DNA of 45,947 nt from Vectrevirus NIC06P3, in sequence record OZ035778.1; one strand, written 5' to 3'. Position 1 is the stretch's first letter; each line of letters starts with the position of its first letter. Under the pieces are notes generated by a model. It did no database searches, was not told where the DNA came from, and saw only the letters and a list, made by a program, of their open reading frames with translations. Of the stretch, positions 45,799 through 45,947 are shown one piece after another. Position numbers and translations under genes: made by a program.

Positions 45799-45947
45799 GT
45801 GGTAGACTCAGATATCATCAATGATACGCTGAAGTGGGTTCCGGGTGGTATCGTAACCAGTACAACCCTCTTAGGTATCAGTTGGGAAAACTGGGTTTAC
45901 ATCTTAACCGCAATCTATACTATGTTGCAGATTGGGGAATGGGTATG
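45799..45947 (+). CDS. holin-like membrane protein, 3'-truncated by the window edge
   Basis: GTG start after RBS AGGAGG; hydrophobic segments; frame stays open to the last base and, if joined to position 1, continues to a TAA at 44-46. Confidence 0.45.
   Translation, partial: MVDSDIINDTLKWVPGGIVTSTTLLGISWENWVYILTAIYTMLQIGEWV

Noticed and set aside
1-45947. Searched for CRISPR arrays, tRNA genes, integrase or other lysogeny and mobile-element hallmarks
   Set aside because: No spaced direct-repeat array, no tRNA-like sequence noticed and no integrase, repressor or transposase motifs; the genome looks strictly lytic.

Overview
The window is essentially one complete, circularly permuted genome of a lytic SP6-like podovirus (T7 supergroup): every credible gene is on the + strand and 13 SP6-type phage promoters (core GACACTATAGAAG) are spread through it. 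Gene order runs terS, terL, three small paralogs, M15 endolysin, a small membrane protein and an overlapping Rz/Rz1 spanin pair, then two tailspike genes (4670-8006). A non-coding terminus region follows (8007-10480), then the early genes with two sigma70-like promoters and an Ocr homolog, an SP6-like RNA polymerase, replication genes (primase/helicase, HNH endonuclease, DNA polymerase, exonuclease, endonuclease VII, phosphoesterase, ligase), and the structural module (portal to tail-fibre adaptor), ending in a holin-like ORF cut by the window edge. The single strongest anomaly is a roughly 0.9-kb high-GC block at 8671-9590, bounded by long C/G homopolymer tracts and sitting where the physical genome ends should be; it carries a truncated membrane-protein-like reading frame on the minus strand and is most likely a chimeric or assembly artefact, not phage biology. 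I do not see a convincing novel multi-gene system. The other points worth follow-up are a dual tailspike cassette with a shared leader, a 16-bp perfect palindrome present six times, an origin-like tandem-promoter region after the RNA polymerase gene, a T7-like Ocr/RNase III early region in an SP6-like backbone, and several unannotated early and acidic proteins. Nothing here was searched against a database; all homology calls are from motifs read by eye and recalled family sequences.
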